In this document: positions 27,707-35,939 of the stretch, one piece after another | Layout: each line of letters begins with the position of its first letter | Position numbering within the stretch: the first letter of the stretch is position 1 | Assembly: GCA_937874465.1 (NCBI GenBank) | Contig: CALNAX010000016.1 | Location: forward strand, 8,992 to 72,991 | Length of the DNA stretch: 64,000 bases | DNA from: an uncultured Bacillales bacterium | GTDB taxonomy: Bacteria; Bacillota_I; Bacilli_A; RFN20; CAG-288 | Direction: 5' to 3' | The notes under the pieces: model-generated | Told to the model about the DNA's origin: nothing | Seen by the model: only the letters and a program-made list of their open reading frames with translations | The model's database searches: none | Program-made: the position numbers and the translations under genes

Positions 27707-29742
27707 TGGCTGAAGGCAATAAGACGGTCATTCCCGAAGAGAACGACATCGGCGTAAGGGCCATGAAGCGGGCCTTGAAAGCCCAGGAGGATTTCGAGAA
27801 TGCTATGGACAAAGGCGAGTTCAACCTCCATGACTTCACGATCATCAAGAGCTTCTTGAAGTACTTAAAGCCTTATTGGAAGATTTTCCTTTTCGGCATA
27901 CTTTTGGATGTTGTCATTACCGGCGGCTTCGTCCTCATTCCCCGCATCGAGGGTATTTTCATCGACAAGCTTCCCACCCCAGCCAATCCAACTGTATCCT
28001 TTGGCACCTTCTCTTGGCTTATCGGTGCCTATTGCATAGTCATCGCCATCATCACCGTGGCTCAGTACTACAACGGGATAATCTTCTATACGGTCGGCCA
28101 AAAAGTGGTGACCGACATCAGGGACGATCTGTTCCGTCATGTCGAAAGCCTTTCCCTGGCTCAGATCGACTCCCTCCCGGTCGGCAAGTACATTACCAGG
28201 ATCACCAACGATTGCCGTGGCCTGTCCAGCTTCTTCACCGACATGATCGTCAACATGGTGCGTGACATCCTGAACGTCATAATGACCCTTACCATGGCCT
28301 TCTTCCTCTCCTGGAAACTGTCCTTGATATTGGTGGCCTTCCTCCCCCTGGTCTTCCTCGTCTCCTATGTTTTCCGCAAGGAGACGAAGAAATACTATCG
28401 CGATCAACGGAGGCAACGCTCCGAGATCAATGGCTTCCTCTCGGAGAACATCTCGGGCATAAGGACCATCAAGACCTTCGACAGGGAACCGGAGCAATGC
28501 CAGCAGTTCGGCATAAAGAACCAGGCCTTGAAGAAGTCCTACATGAAGGCGGTGAACCTCTCCTCCTTCTACCGGCCCTCGATCTACTTCATGCAGATCT
28601 CGGCCATGGTCCTGGTCATCTATGTGGCCATGAGGTTCGTGGTGGCAAAGGATGTCGTTCCCTTTAGCGGCGGAGACCTTTTTGGGGCCGGCGAGGTCTA
28701 CACCTTCATCTATGGCTACACCTCAAGCTTCTTCCAGCCGATTCAGGATATGGCCGAATTGTTCAACTCCTTGCAAAACGTCCTCACCTCGGCCGAACGG
28801 GTCGGCGCCTTGATGTCGGTAAAGCCTTCGGTGGAAAACGACGAGAAGGCTCGTCCCCTGGAGAGCTGGGAGGCCATCCATGCCCTGGAAGGACAGGGCC
28901 AACGCATTGAGGAGCTGTCCTCTCTGTCCGACGACAGACTGGTGTCGATGGCTAAACCCGAACAGCTCAAGGTCAAAGGCGACATCGAGTTCCGCCATGT
29001 CTGGTTCGCCTATCTTGGACAGGAATGGGTCTTGAAGGATGTCTCATTCCATGTCTACCCAGGCGAGACGGCGGCCTTCGTCGGGGCGACGGGAGCCGGA
29101 AAGTCGACCATAATCGGCTTGATCGTGAGGAACATGGTCCCCCAAAGGGGCCAGATCCTCATCGATGGCGTGGACGTGAACCTGATCACCATCGAATCTT
29201 TGCGATCCAACATATCGCAGATGATGCAGGACGTCTTCCTTTTCTCCGGGACCATCAGCGAGAACATAAGCCTGTTCGCTCAGGAGCCAGATCAGACCAG
29301 GATCAAGGAATCCTGCGAGTTGGTCGGAGCCGACGGCTTCATAAAGTCCCTGGATGGTGGCTATGGGGCGTTGGTCAGGGAACGTGGCAACAACTTTTCC
29401 GTCGGTCAGAGGCAGTTGATCTCCTTTGCCAGAGCCGTCTACCATAAGCCATCCGTAATGGTGCTGGACGAGGCTACTGCCAATATCGATACCGAGACGG
29501 AGAACCTTATCCAGCACTCCCTTAAGAAGATGCGCTCCTTGGGAACGATGGTCATAGTGGCCCATCGCCTTTCCACCATTCAGGACGCCGATTGCATCTA
29601 CGTCGTCGAGAAGGGGAAGATTGTCGAGAGCGGCAAGCACAACGAACTCTTGAAGAAGAAGGGCCTCTACTATTCGATGTACAAACTCCAGGACCTGGAG
29701 CGTTCCTTGGATTACAATAAGGTCGAAACAGCCAAAGCCTGA
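27703..29742 (+). CDS. ABC exporter, fused permease/ATPase subunit (heterodimer partner 2)
   Basis: ATGA overlap with partner 1. Walker A GATGAGKST, signature FSVGQRQL, Walker B VMVLDEATANID. Carries an extra N-terminal ~50 aa and a long TMD-NBD linker. Confidence 0.9.
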   Translation: MMAEGNKTVIPEENDIGVRAMKRALKAQEDFENAMDKGEFNLHDFTIIKSFLKYLKPYWKIFLFGILLDVVITGGFVLIPRIEGIFIDKLPTPANPTVSFGTFSWLIGAYCIVIAIITVAQYYNGIIFYTVGQKVVTDIRDDLFRHVESLSLAQIDSLPVGKYITRITNDCRGLSSFFTDMIVNMVRDILNVIMTLTMAFFLSWKLSLILVAFLPLVFLVSYVFRKETKKYYRDQRRQRSEINGFLSENISGIRTIKTFDREPEQCQQFGIKNQALKKSYMKAVNLSSFYRPSIYFMQISAMVLVIYVAMRFVVAKDVVPFSGGDLFGAGEVYTFIYGYTSSFFQPIQDMAELFNSLQNVLTSAERVGALMSVKPSVENDEKARPLESWEAIHALEGQGQRIEELSSLSDDRLVSMAKPEQLKVKGDIEFRHVWFAYLGQEWVLKDVSFHVYPGETAAFVGATGAGKSTIIGLIVRNMVPQRGQILIDGVDVNLITIESLRSNISQMMQDVFLFSGTISENISLFAQEPDQTRIKESCELVGADGFIKSLDGGYGALVRERGNNFSVGQRQLISFARAVYHKPSVMVLDEATANIDTETENLIQHSLKKMRSLGTMVIVAHRLSTIQDADCIYVVEKGKIVESGKHNELLKKKGLYYSMYKLQDLERSLDYNKVETAKA

Positions 29743-29753
29743 AGAGGTTAAAG

Positions 29754-31106
29754 ATGGGAAACATTAGGATCTTCGATACCAAAGCCGGGCAAGTCGTCGA
29801 TTTCAAGCCTTTGAGACCCGGTCGGTTCACCATGTATTATTGCGGACCGACCGTCTATAACTATGTCCATTTGGGAAACCTGAGGCCGGTGATAGTCTTT
29901 GACATACTCACCCGGCTTTTCAAGGCCGAGGGATACCAGACCAAGGTCGTATCCAACTACACCGATATCGACGACAAGATAATCAACGAGGCCCTTGAGG
30001 AGAAAAAGACCGAGAGGGAAATCTCATCGTTCTACATCGATGCCTATCAGGACAGTCTTGCCAAACTCAACCTGCTCCCTCTTTTCTATCGTCCCAAGGC
30101 CAGCGAGGTCATCGAGAAGATGGAGGGATTCATCGGCGTCCTGCTCGATAAAGGCTATGCCTACAAGGCGGGGGACGATGTCTATTTCCGCACTTCGAGA
30201 ATCGCCGATTACGGTTCCATGTCACACACGATAATCGAGAACAACCAGGCCGGCAAGCGCATCGAGGTAAACGACCTGAAGGAAAGCCCCTATGACTTTG
30301 CGCTGTGGAAGAAGACGGCCGATCAGGGAATCAAGTTCGACAGTCCTTTCGGCAGGGGCCGACCCGGTTGGCACACCGAATGCGTCGTGATGATAAAGAG
30401 CGTGTTTGGTCAGCCGATGGTCGATGTCCATGGCGGGGGTTTCGACCTGAAGTTCCCCCATCACGAAAATGAGAGGGCCCAGTCCATAGGCTATGATGGC
30501 ACCCCGTTGGCATCCTATTGGATGCATGTCGGCTTCCTAACGGCCGCAGGCGGGGTCAAGATGTCCAAGTCCTTGGGGAACGTCGTCTTGGCCAAGGACT
30601 GCCTTTCCAGGTATTCGGGCAATGCCCTCAGGCTCTTCTTCTGCCAATCCCATTACCGGGCGCCGATCGCCTATTCGGACGAAGCCATGGAAAAGGCGGA
30701 GGCCGATGGAAGACGCTATGTCTCCACCCTCCAGAAGCTTGAATATCGTGCGGAATGGCTGAATACAGACCTGAATGGGGCCAAGCCCGATGCGGAGGTT
30801 TTGTCGAAGGCTTTGGGCTTCTTGGCCGATGACCTCAATGTCGCCAATGCCCTAACCGTCTTGGAAAGGCAGGTCCGCGTCGCCCTGACGATCCTTCGCC
30901 AGCTTAGGCCCCGACCGGAAGATCTGAGGACTTCTTATGCGACTCTGGCTGGCCTATACGATTTCCTTGGCATCAAGTTCGACCATGTTGCCCTTTCCGT
31001 AGATGGCAGGGAGGAAATGGAAGAGTTCGAGAAAGCCCATTCGGAGCATCGCTTTGACGCCTCGGATGAGCTGAGGGCTGATTTGATCAAGAAGGGCATA
31101 CTCTAG
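29754..31106 (+). CDS. cysS: Cysteine--tRNA ligase
   Basis: 450 aa. HIGH-type HLGNLRP, KMSKS (VKMSKSLGN), zinc-site context WHTEC. Confidence 0.95.
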   Translation: MGNIRIFDTKAGQVVDFKPLRPGRFTMYYCGPTVYNYVHLGNLRPVIVFDILTRLFKAEGYQTKVVSNYTDIDDKIINEALEEKKTEREISSFYIDAYQDSLAKLNLLPLFYRPKASEVIEKMEGFIGVLLDKGYAYKAGDDVYFRTSRIADYGSMSHTIIENNQAGKRIEVNDLKESPYDFALWKKTADQGIKFDSPFGRGRPGWHTECVVMIKSVFGQPMVDVHGGGFDLKFPHHENERAQSIGYDGTPLASYWMHVGFLTAAGGVKMSKSLGNVVLAKDCLSRYSGNALRLFFCQSHYRAPIAYSDEAMEKAEADGRRYVSTLQKLEYRAEWLNTDLNGAKPDAEVLSKALGFLADDLNVANALTVLERQVRVALTILRQLRPRPEDLRTSYATLAGLYDFLGIKFDHVALSVDGREEMEEFEKAHSEHRFDASDELRADLIKKGIL

Positions 31107-31135
31107 AGAAAAGCCCTAACGCCAGGGGGGAGATT

Positions 31136-31822
31136 ATGGATGAAGCGATAAAGGGATTGGTCGATACCTATGGCATTTGGCTCTTCACGCTGATTGTCTT
31201 GGCGGTGACTACCGTCTTGGTTGCATTGATTGGCCTGGAAAGGGAAAGGAAGGGCTTCTCGGCGGGTTTGCGGACCCATTTGCTAGTCGGAATTGGGAGC
31301 TGCATCCTCATGGTCGTGTCCGAATACGCCAATCCCGAGACAAGCGATACCATGCGTTTGGCGGCCCAGGTAGTCGTTGGCATAGGCTTCATCGGCGCGG
31401 GTGTCATCATACATACGGGATTGGACGTGAAGGGTTTGACAACGGCCGCCACCCTTTGGGTCTCGTCCGCCATCGGCCTTTGCACCGGGGCCGGGTTGGT
31501 CTTGGAGGCGATAATCACCACCTTGGTGGTTATGTTCGTCCTGATAGTCCTCAAGCAGGTGGAAAACAGGGTCACCCGGAACAGGGCTCGCATCTCCTAC
31601 GTTGTCCCATTGGGCCAAAAGACCTTGGAGCAGGTATCCGCGGCTTGCGAGAAACTGAACGTGGAAGTAGCCGATATCGATACCAGCAACGAGAAATACA
31701 TAAATGAAGTGTGCACCAAAATAATAATCACGGTAAGAATAAATGACAAAAGCCAACTCGGCAAGATAATGGATGAGATAAATGACGATATAAAGCCTCT
31801 CGCCCTTGAGGAGATCAAATAG
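31136..31822 (+). CDS. MgtC/SapB family membrane protein
   Basis: 228 aa. The family N-terminus GLERERKGFSAGLRTHLLVGIGS, then 4-5 TM helices and a soluble C-terminal domain. Confidence 0.85.
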   Translation: MDEAIKGLVDTYGIWLFTLIVLAVTTVLVALIGLERERKGFSAGLRTHLLVGIGSCILMVVSEYANPETSDTMRLAAQVVVGIGFIGAGVIIHTGLDVKGLTTAATLWVSSAIGLCTGAGLVLEAIITTLVVMFVLIVLKQVENRVTRNRARISYVVPLGQKTLEQVSAACEKLNVEVADIDTSNEKYINEVCTKIIITVRINDKSQLGKIMDEINDDIKPLALEEIK

Positions 31823-31824
31823 GA

Positions 31825-32682
31825 ATGGATGGCCTCTTCTTGGTAGACAAGCCTTGCGGTCTCACCTCGCGCCAAATAGACAATTTCTTCAAGCACCGCT
31901 TCGATGAGAAGGGCGTGGGTCATCTTGGAACCCTCGATCCTTTTGCGACCGGGCTTTTGGTGGTGGGTATGGGCCAGGCAACCAAGGTCTTCCCCTTTTT
32001 GGACGATAAGGTCAAGACCTATCAGGCGACCCTGTCTTTGGGGACGAAGACCGACACCGGGGAACTGACGGGGGCGATTGTGGCCTCAATGCCCGTCCCC
32101 CAACTGGATGACAAGACGATTTCCAAGACCTTTTCCACCTTCATTGGCAAGATGATGCAGACACCTCCGGCTTATTCGGCCAAGAGCGTCAATGGCCTAA
32201 GGTCTTACAAAGCCATTCGCCTAGGGGTGGAATTGAAGCTAAAGCCCCAGGAAGTGGAAATATTTTCCCTAACGCTTTTGAGGTTCGACAAGGAAAGGGC
32301 CGAAGTCAGTTTCAGGGCCGTGGTGTCTAAGGGGACCTATGTGAGGACCTTGGGGGAAGATATCGCCGCGAGACTTGGGACCGTCGGCCATCTTTTGTCC
32401 CTGACGCGCCTTTCCGTCGGGCCCTTTTCCCTGGCCAAGGCCAAGAAACCCGAGGATATCCGGATTGGCGATCTGATCCCTCTATCGGATTGCCTCTTGG
32501 GATACGACAAGGTGGTCCTTTCCCCAGAGCAGGCCGCCTTTGCCCGCCATGGGGGTGCTTTGTTCATAAGCGAGAAACACACATCCCCTTTCATGGCCCT
32601 GGATCCGTCCAACAAGCCCCTTGGCATCTATGCCTCGAAGTCTTACGGGCAATATGTCTGCCTTCGGGGATTCAAACCCTGA
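31825..32682 (+). CDS. truB: tRNA pseudouridine(55) synthase
   Basis: 285 aa. Catalytic motif GHLGTLDPFATGLL. Confidence 0.9.
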   Translation: MDGLFLVDKPCGLTSRQIDNFFKHRFDEKGVGHLGTLDPFATGLLVVGMGQATKVFPFLDDKVKTYQATLSLGTKTDTGELTGAIVASMPVPQLDDKTISKTFSTFIGKMMQTPPAYSAKSVNGLRSYKAIRLGVELKLKPQEVEIFSLTLLRFDKERAEVSFRAVVSKGTYVRTLGEDIAARLGTVGHLLSLTRLSVGPFSLAKAKKPEDIRIGDLIPLSDCLLGYDKVVLSPEQAAFARHGGALFISEKHTSPFMALDPSNKPLGIYASKSYGQYVCLRGFKP

Positions 32683-32726
32683 GCCATCCAGTTAACGACG
32701 ACGGCCGATTGGATTATCCTCTTAGC

Positions 32727-33659
32727 GTGAAAAAGATCTATTTAAGACTTCCGCTCCTAGAGTCGTCTGTCCCCATGGCGTTAGCCATAGGCGTTTTCGA
32801 CGGGATCCATAGAGGCCACGAGGCCGTTCTTGAAGCGGCTTTGGCCTCCCCTTTGCCGGTTAAAGCCGTCATGACATTCACTCCCGACTTCAAGTCCAAG
32901 GTAACGAATTCGGCAAGGCCCTATTTGATGACCCTTAACGAAAAGGTGGCCGAGATCGGCAAGCTGGGCGACTTCTCTTCAGCCTATGTGATGGAGCCCA
33001 AGCCCGAGTTGGTCTCTCTGCCCCCCAAGGAATTCATCGAAAGGATACTCAGGCCATTGGGCGTAAGGGAAGTCTATGTCGGTGAGGATTTCACCTTCGG
33101 TCGCTTCGGGGTCGGCCGTCCCCAAGACCTAAGCCAGGCAGGGATCACGACCTATGTCATACCGCTGGTCAAGATCGGTGGCGAGAAGATTGGGACCACC
33201 CAGTTGATCGCGGCCTTGAATGAAGGCAATCTCGATAAAGCAAATGAGATGTTAGGTCGCCCTTATTCATTTACCGGTATTGTTGAAAAAGGATTCCAGG
33301 AAGGGCGAAAGCTCGGTTTCCCAACCCTCAACCTATATCCGCTGGAAGGCCAGGAGACCATCGCCAGGGGCGTCTATGCGACCTTGACCATAATCGGCGG
33401 GGCGACCTATGCCTCCATGACCAACGTCGGTACCCATCCGACCATCAACGAGCTTAAGGCCCCGGCCATAGAGACCAACGTGCTCGATTTCAAAAGAGAC
33501 GTATACGGCCAAAAGGCGACAATCGTGTTCCTGAAGAAAATACGCGAAGAGATGAGGTTCCCCTCGGTGGACGAGATGGTGGAACGGATGATGGGCGACG
33601 AGAAGGTGGCCCGGTCTATCTGCCAGCCGTATTTGGAGGCAAAACAAAAGAGAGCCTAG
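32727..33659 (+). CDS. ribF: Bifunctional riboflavin kinase / FMN adenylyltransferase
   Basis: IGVFDGIHRGH nucleotidyltransferase motif and C-terminal riboflavin kinase (PTINL-like FPTLNL, ETNVLDF). GTG at 32727 chosen; ATG at 32775 is the alternative. The ORF-track start at 32490 lies inside truB. Confidence 0.85.
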   Translation: MKKIYLRLPLLESSVPMALAIGVFDGIHRGHEAVLEAALASPLPVKAVMTFTPDFKSKVTNSARPYLMTLNEKVAEIGKLGDFSSAYVMEPKPELVSLPPKEFIERILRPLGVREVYVGEDFTFGRFGVGRPQDLSQAGITTYVIPLVKIGGEKIGTTQLIAALNEGNLDKANEMLGRPYSFTGIVEKGFQEGRKLGFPTLNLYPLEGQETIARGVYATLTIIGGATYASMTNVGTHPTINELKAPAIETNVLDFKRDVYGQKATIVFLKKIREEMRFPSVDEMVERMMGDEKVARSICQPYLEAKQKRA

Positions 33660-33665
33660 GCTCTC
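33650..33665. terminator. Perfect 16-bp palindrome at the ribF / rbfA convergence point (possible bidirectional terminator)
   Basis: GAGAGCCTAGGCTCTC overlaps the ribF stop. The flanking U-tracts are weak. Confidence 0.35.
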
Positions 33666-33666
33666 C

Positions 33667-34032
33667 TCATTTCAGGTCCTTCAAGGTCTTGGGCTTTTCC
33701 TTTTCGGCCTTGTCGAGCAACTCGTCAATCTTATGGCCCTGGTCGAAGAGGGTATCCTTGACGAACTGGATGTCGGGGATCTTGTAGATGTCCATCTTCT
33801 TGGCCAACATGGATCTTATCTTGCCCTTGTCCTTGGTCAGAAAGGCGACCAATTCGTCGGCCTTGTCCTGCTCGAGATGAGTCACGTAGACGGTTGCCAG
33901 GGTGTTGTCCGAATTCAGCCGTACTTCATTGACGCTTGCCAGTTTGCAAAGCGGGTTCTTGAGTTCGGAAAGGATGATGTCCGAGATGTTCTTGAAGACC
34001 AATTGGGCGATGCGCTTCTTCTTGTCAGCCAT
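33667..34032 (-). CDS. rbfA: Ribosome-binding factor A
   Basis: Start at MADKKKRIAQLVFKNISDIILSELKNP (GGAGG 8 nt upstream). Overlaps the infB stop by 8 nt. Confidence 0.9.
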   Translation of the reverse strand: MADKKKRIAQLVFKNISDIILSELKNPLCKLASVNEVRLNSDNTLATVYVTHLEQDKADELVAFLTKDKGKIRSMLAKKMDIYKIPDIQFVKDTLFDQGHKIDELLDKAEKEKPKTLKDLK

Positions 34033-35878
34033 TGTCATGTACCTCCTCAAGGCCGAATGACTCTATCACGTCCCCGACCTCGAACTTGAAGCTGGAGGCT
34101 ATCGTCAAGCCGCACTCGGAATTCAGGGTCGCTTCCTTTATGTCGTCCTTTACGTGCTTCAGGGACGTTACCTTGGTCGTCTCCAACACCTTGGCCTGCC
34201 TGATTACGCGAGCCTGGGAATTGGCAATGATCTTCCCGTCGGTGACGTAGACGCCGGCGATCAGGCCCGCCTTTGACGACTTGAAGACAGCCCTGATCTC
34301 GCCGTGGCCATAGATCTTTTCCTGATAGACCGGCTTGAGCTTGCCCTTCAAGGCTTTGGTAACGTCGTCTATCAGACGATAGATTATGTTGTAGCTCCTG
34401 ATTTCGATGCCTTTGGACTTGGCCAAATCCAGGGCCAGGCCCGAAGCCTTGGTGTTGAAGGTGATGATGCCACCTTTGGAAGCCTCAGCCAGTACCACGT
34501 CGCCTTCGGTTACCTCCCCGGTGGTGCAACGGACGAGGTTAAGCTGGACCGAGGGCACGTTGATCTTTAGCAAAGTGTCCTTCAGGGCCTCGGCGGTTCC
34601 CTGGGTATCGGTCTTGATTATGAGGTTGACGGTCTGGGTCTCCCCCGAGTCGGAATCTCCTATCTGGGAAACGGCGTTGGCCAAGGTGAATCCCTGGCTG
34701 TTTAGCCTGGTCAAGGCTTTCTGCTGTCTTTCGGAGGCCACTTCCTTGGCTTTCTTCTCGTCGGGGAAGCAGCGGAACAAATCCCCGGCGGTAGGTACGC
34801 CATCCAGGCCCAATACCGCCACGGGGGTGGAAGGACCGGCGGTCTTCAAGGACTTGCCGTACTCGTTTATCATCCTTCTGACCTTGCAGTAGTGCTCTCC
34901 AACGACAAGGCAGTCGCCGATATGGAGCATGCCGTTCTGGATCAGGAGAGTCGCCTTTGGACCCTCGCGCCTATCCAGGCCCGAGTCTATTACGGTTCCC
35001 TCGGCCATCCTATTGGGGTTGGCCTTGAGCTCCAACAGTTCCGCCACGGTCAAGACGTTGTCCAAGAGGTTGTCGACCCCCAAACCGGTCTTGGCCGAGA
35101 TCTTGCAGGTCACAATGTCGCCGCCCCATTCCTCAGGGGTCAGGCCCAAACCGGACAGCTCGGTCATGACCCTTTCGGGGTTGGCGCCAGGTTTGTCTAT
35201 CTTGTTTATGGCAACTACGATCGGAAGCTTCGCGGCCTTGGCGTGGTCGATGGCTTCCTTGGTCTGGGGCATCACGCCATCGTCGGCCGCGACCACCAAG
35301 ATGGCGACGTCGCCAACCTTGGCGCCCCTGGCACGCATGGCCGTGAAGGCCTCATGTCCCGGGGTATCGAGGATGGTTATCTTCTTGCCGTGCACATCCT
35401 TTTGGTAAGCCCCTATCTCCTGGGTTATGCCACCGGCCTCGCTCTCAACGACGGCAGCATGCCTTATGCGGTCGATCAGGGTGGTCTTCCCGTGGTCGAC
35501 ATGGCCCATCACCACTATGACTGGCGGCCGCGCCACTAGGTCCTTGGGGTCGTCTTTGTCCTCATTTGAGAAATCGGAGGGATCGGCTACCTTCTTGCGC
35601 TCGAAATCGAAATTGTGCTCGATGCATATCTCGGCTATCAGTTCGTCGTCCAAGATCGAGTTGATGTTGAGCATCTTTCCCTTTAGGAAGAAGGATTTTA
35701 CGATTTCCGCGGGATTAAGGCCCAGTCTCTTGGCAAGTTCGTCGACGGTTATGTCGCCCTCGTAAACAAAGGTACCGTTCTTGATCTCCCCGGATCCCTT
35801 GGTCTTCTTTGGGGCATCCTCATGTTGGTGAGGCACATAGCCGCTCATCCTCTTGTTCTTCCGTGATTGTTTGCTCAT
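34025..35878 (-). CDS. infB: Translation initiation factor IF-2
   Basis: Start at MSKQSRKNKR (GGAGG 7 nt upstream). G-domain VMGHVDHGKTTL, DTPGHEAF, NKID. Short N-terminal region. Confidence 0.95.
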   Translation of the reverse strand: MSKQSRKNKRMSGYVPHQHEDAPKKTKGSGEIKNGTFVYEGDITVDELAKRLGLNPAEIVKSFFLKGKMLNINSILDDELIAEICIEHNFDFERKKVADPSDFSNEDKDDPKDLVARPPVIVVMGHVDHGKTTLIDRIRHAAVVESEAGGITQEIGAYQKDVHGKKITILDTPGHEAFTAMRARGAKVGDVAILVVAADDGVMPQTKEAIDHAKAAKLPIVVAINKIDKPGANPERVMTELSGLGLTPEEWGGDIVTCKISAKTGLGVDNLLDNVLTVAELLELKANPNRMAEGTVIDSGLDRREGPKATLLIQNGMLHIGDCLVVGEHYCKVRRMINEYGKSLKTAGPSTPVAVLGLDGVPTAGDLFRCFPDEKKAKEVASERQQKALTRLNSQGFTLANAVSQIGDSDSGETQTVNLIIKTDTQGTAEALKDTLLKINVPSVQLNLVRCTTGEVTEGDVVLAEASKGGIITFNTKASGLALDLAKSKGIEIRSYNIIYRLIDDVTKALKGKLKPVYQEKIYGHGEIRAVFKSSKAGLIAGVYVTDGKIIANSQARVIRQAKVLETTKVTSLKHVKDDIKEATLNSECGLTIASSFKFEVGDVIESFGLEEVHDNG

Positions 35879-35912
35879 CGTCAATCCTCCTTTCAAAGAC
35901 ATATAGGCACGA

Positions 35913-35935
35913 CAAAAAGCGGGCCTTGGGCCCGT
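35913..35935 (-). terminator. Terminator-like hairpin between nusA and infB
   Basis: Minus strand, 5 nt after the nusA stop: CGGGCC-caa-GGCCCG followed by CTTTTTG. The infB SD follows about 20 nt later, and no promoter is seen in between. Confidence 0.45.
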
Positions 35936-35939
35936 CTAA

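Noticed and set aside
31177-31756. Alternative-frame and antisense ORFs inside mgtC (31177-31707 plus strand; 31168-31593 and 31283-31756 minus strand).
   Set aside because: The MgtC frame carries the family signature and TM pattern. The others are compositional artefacts.
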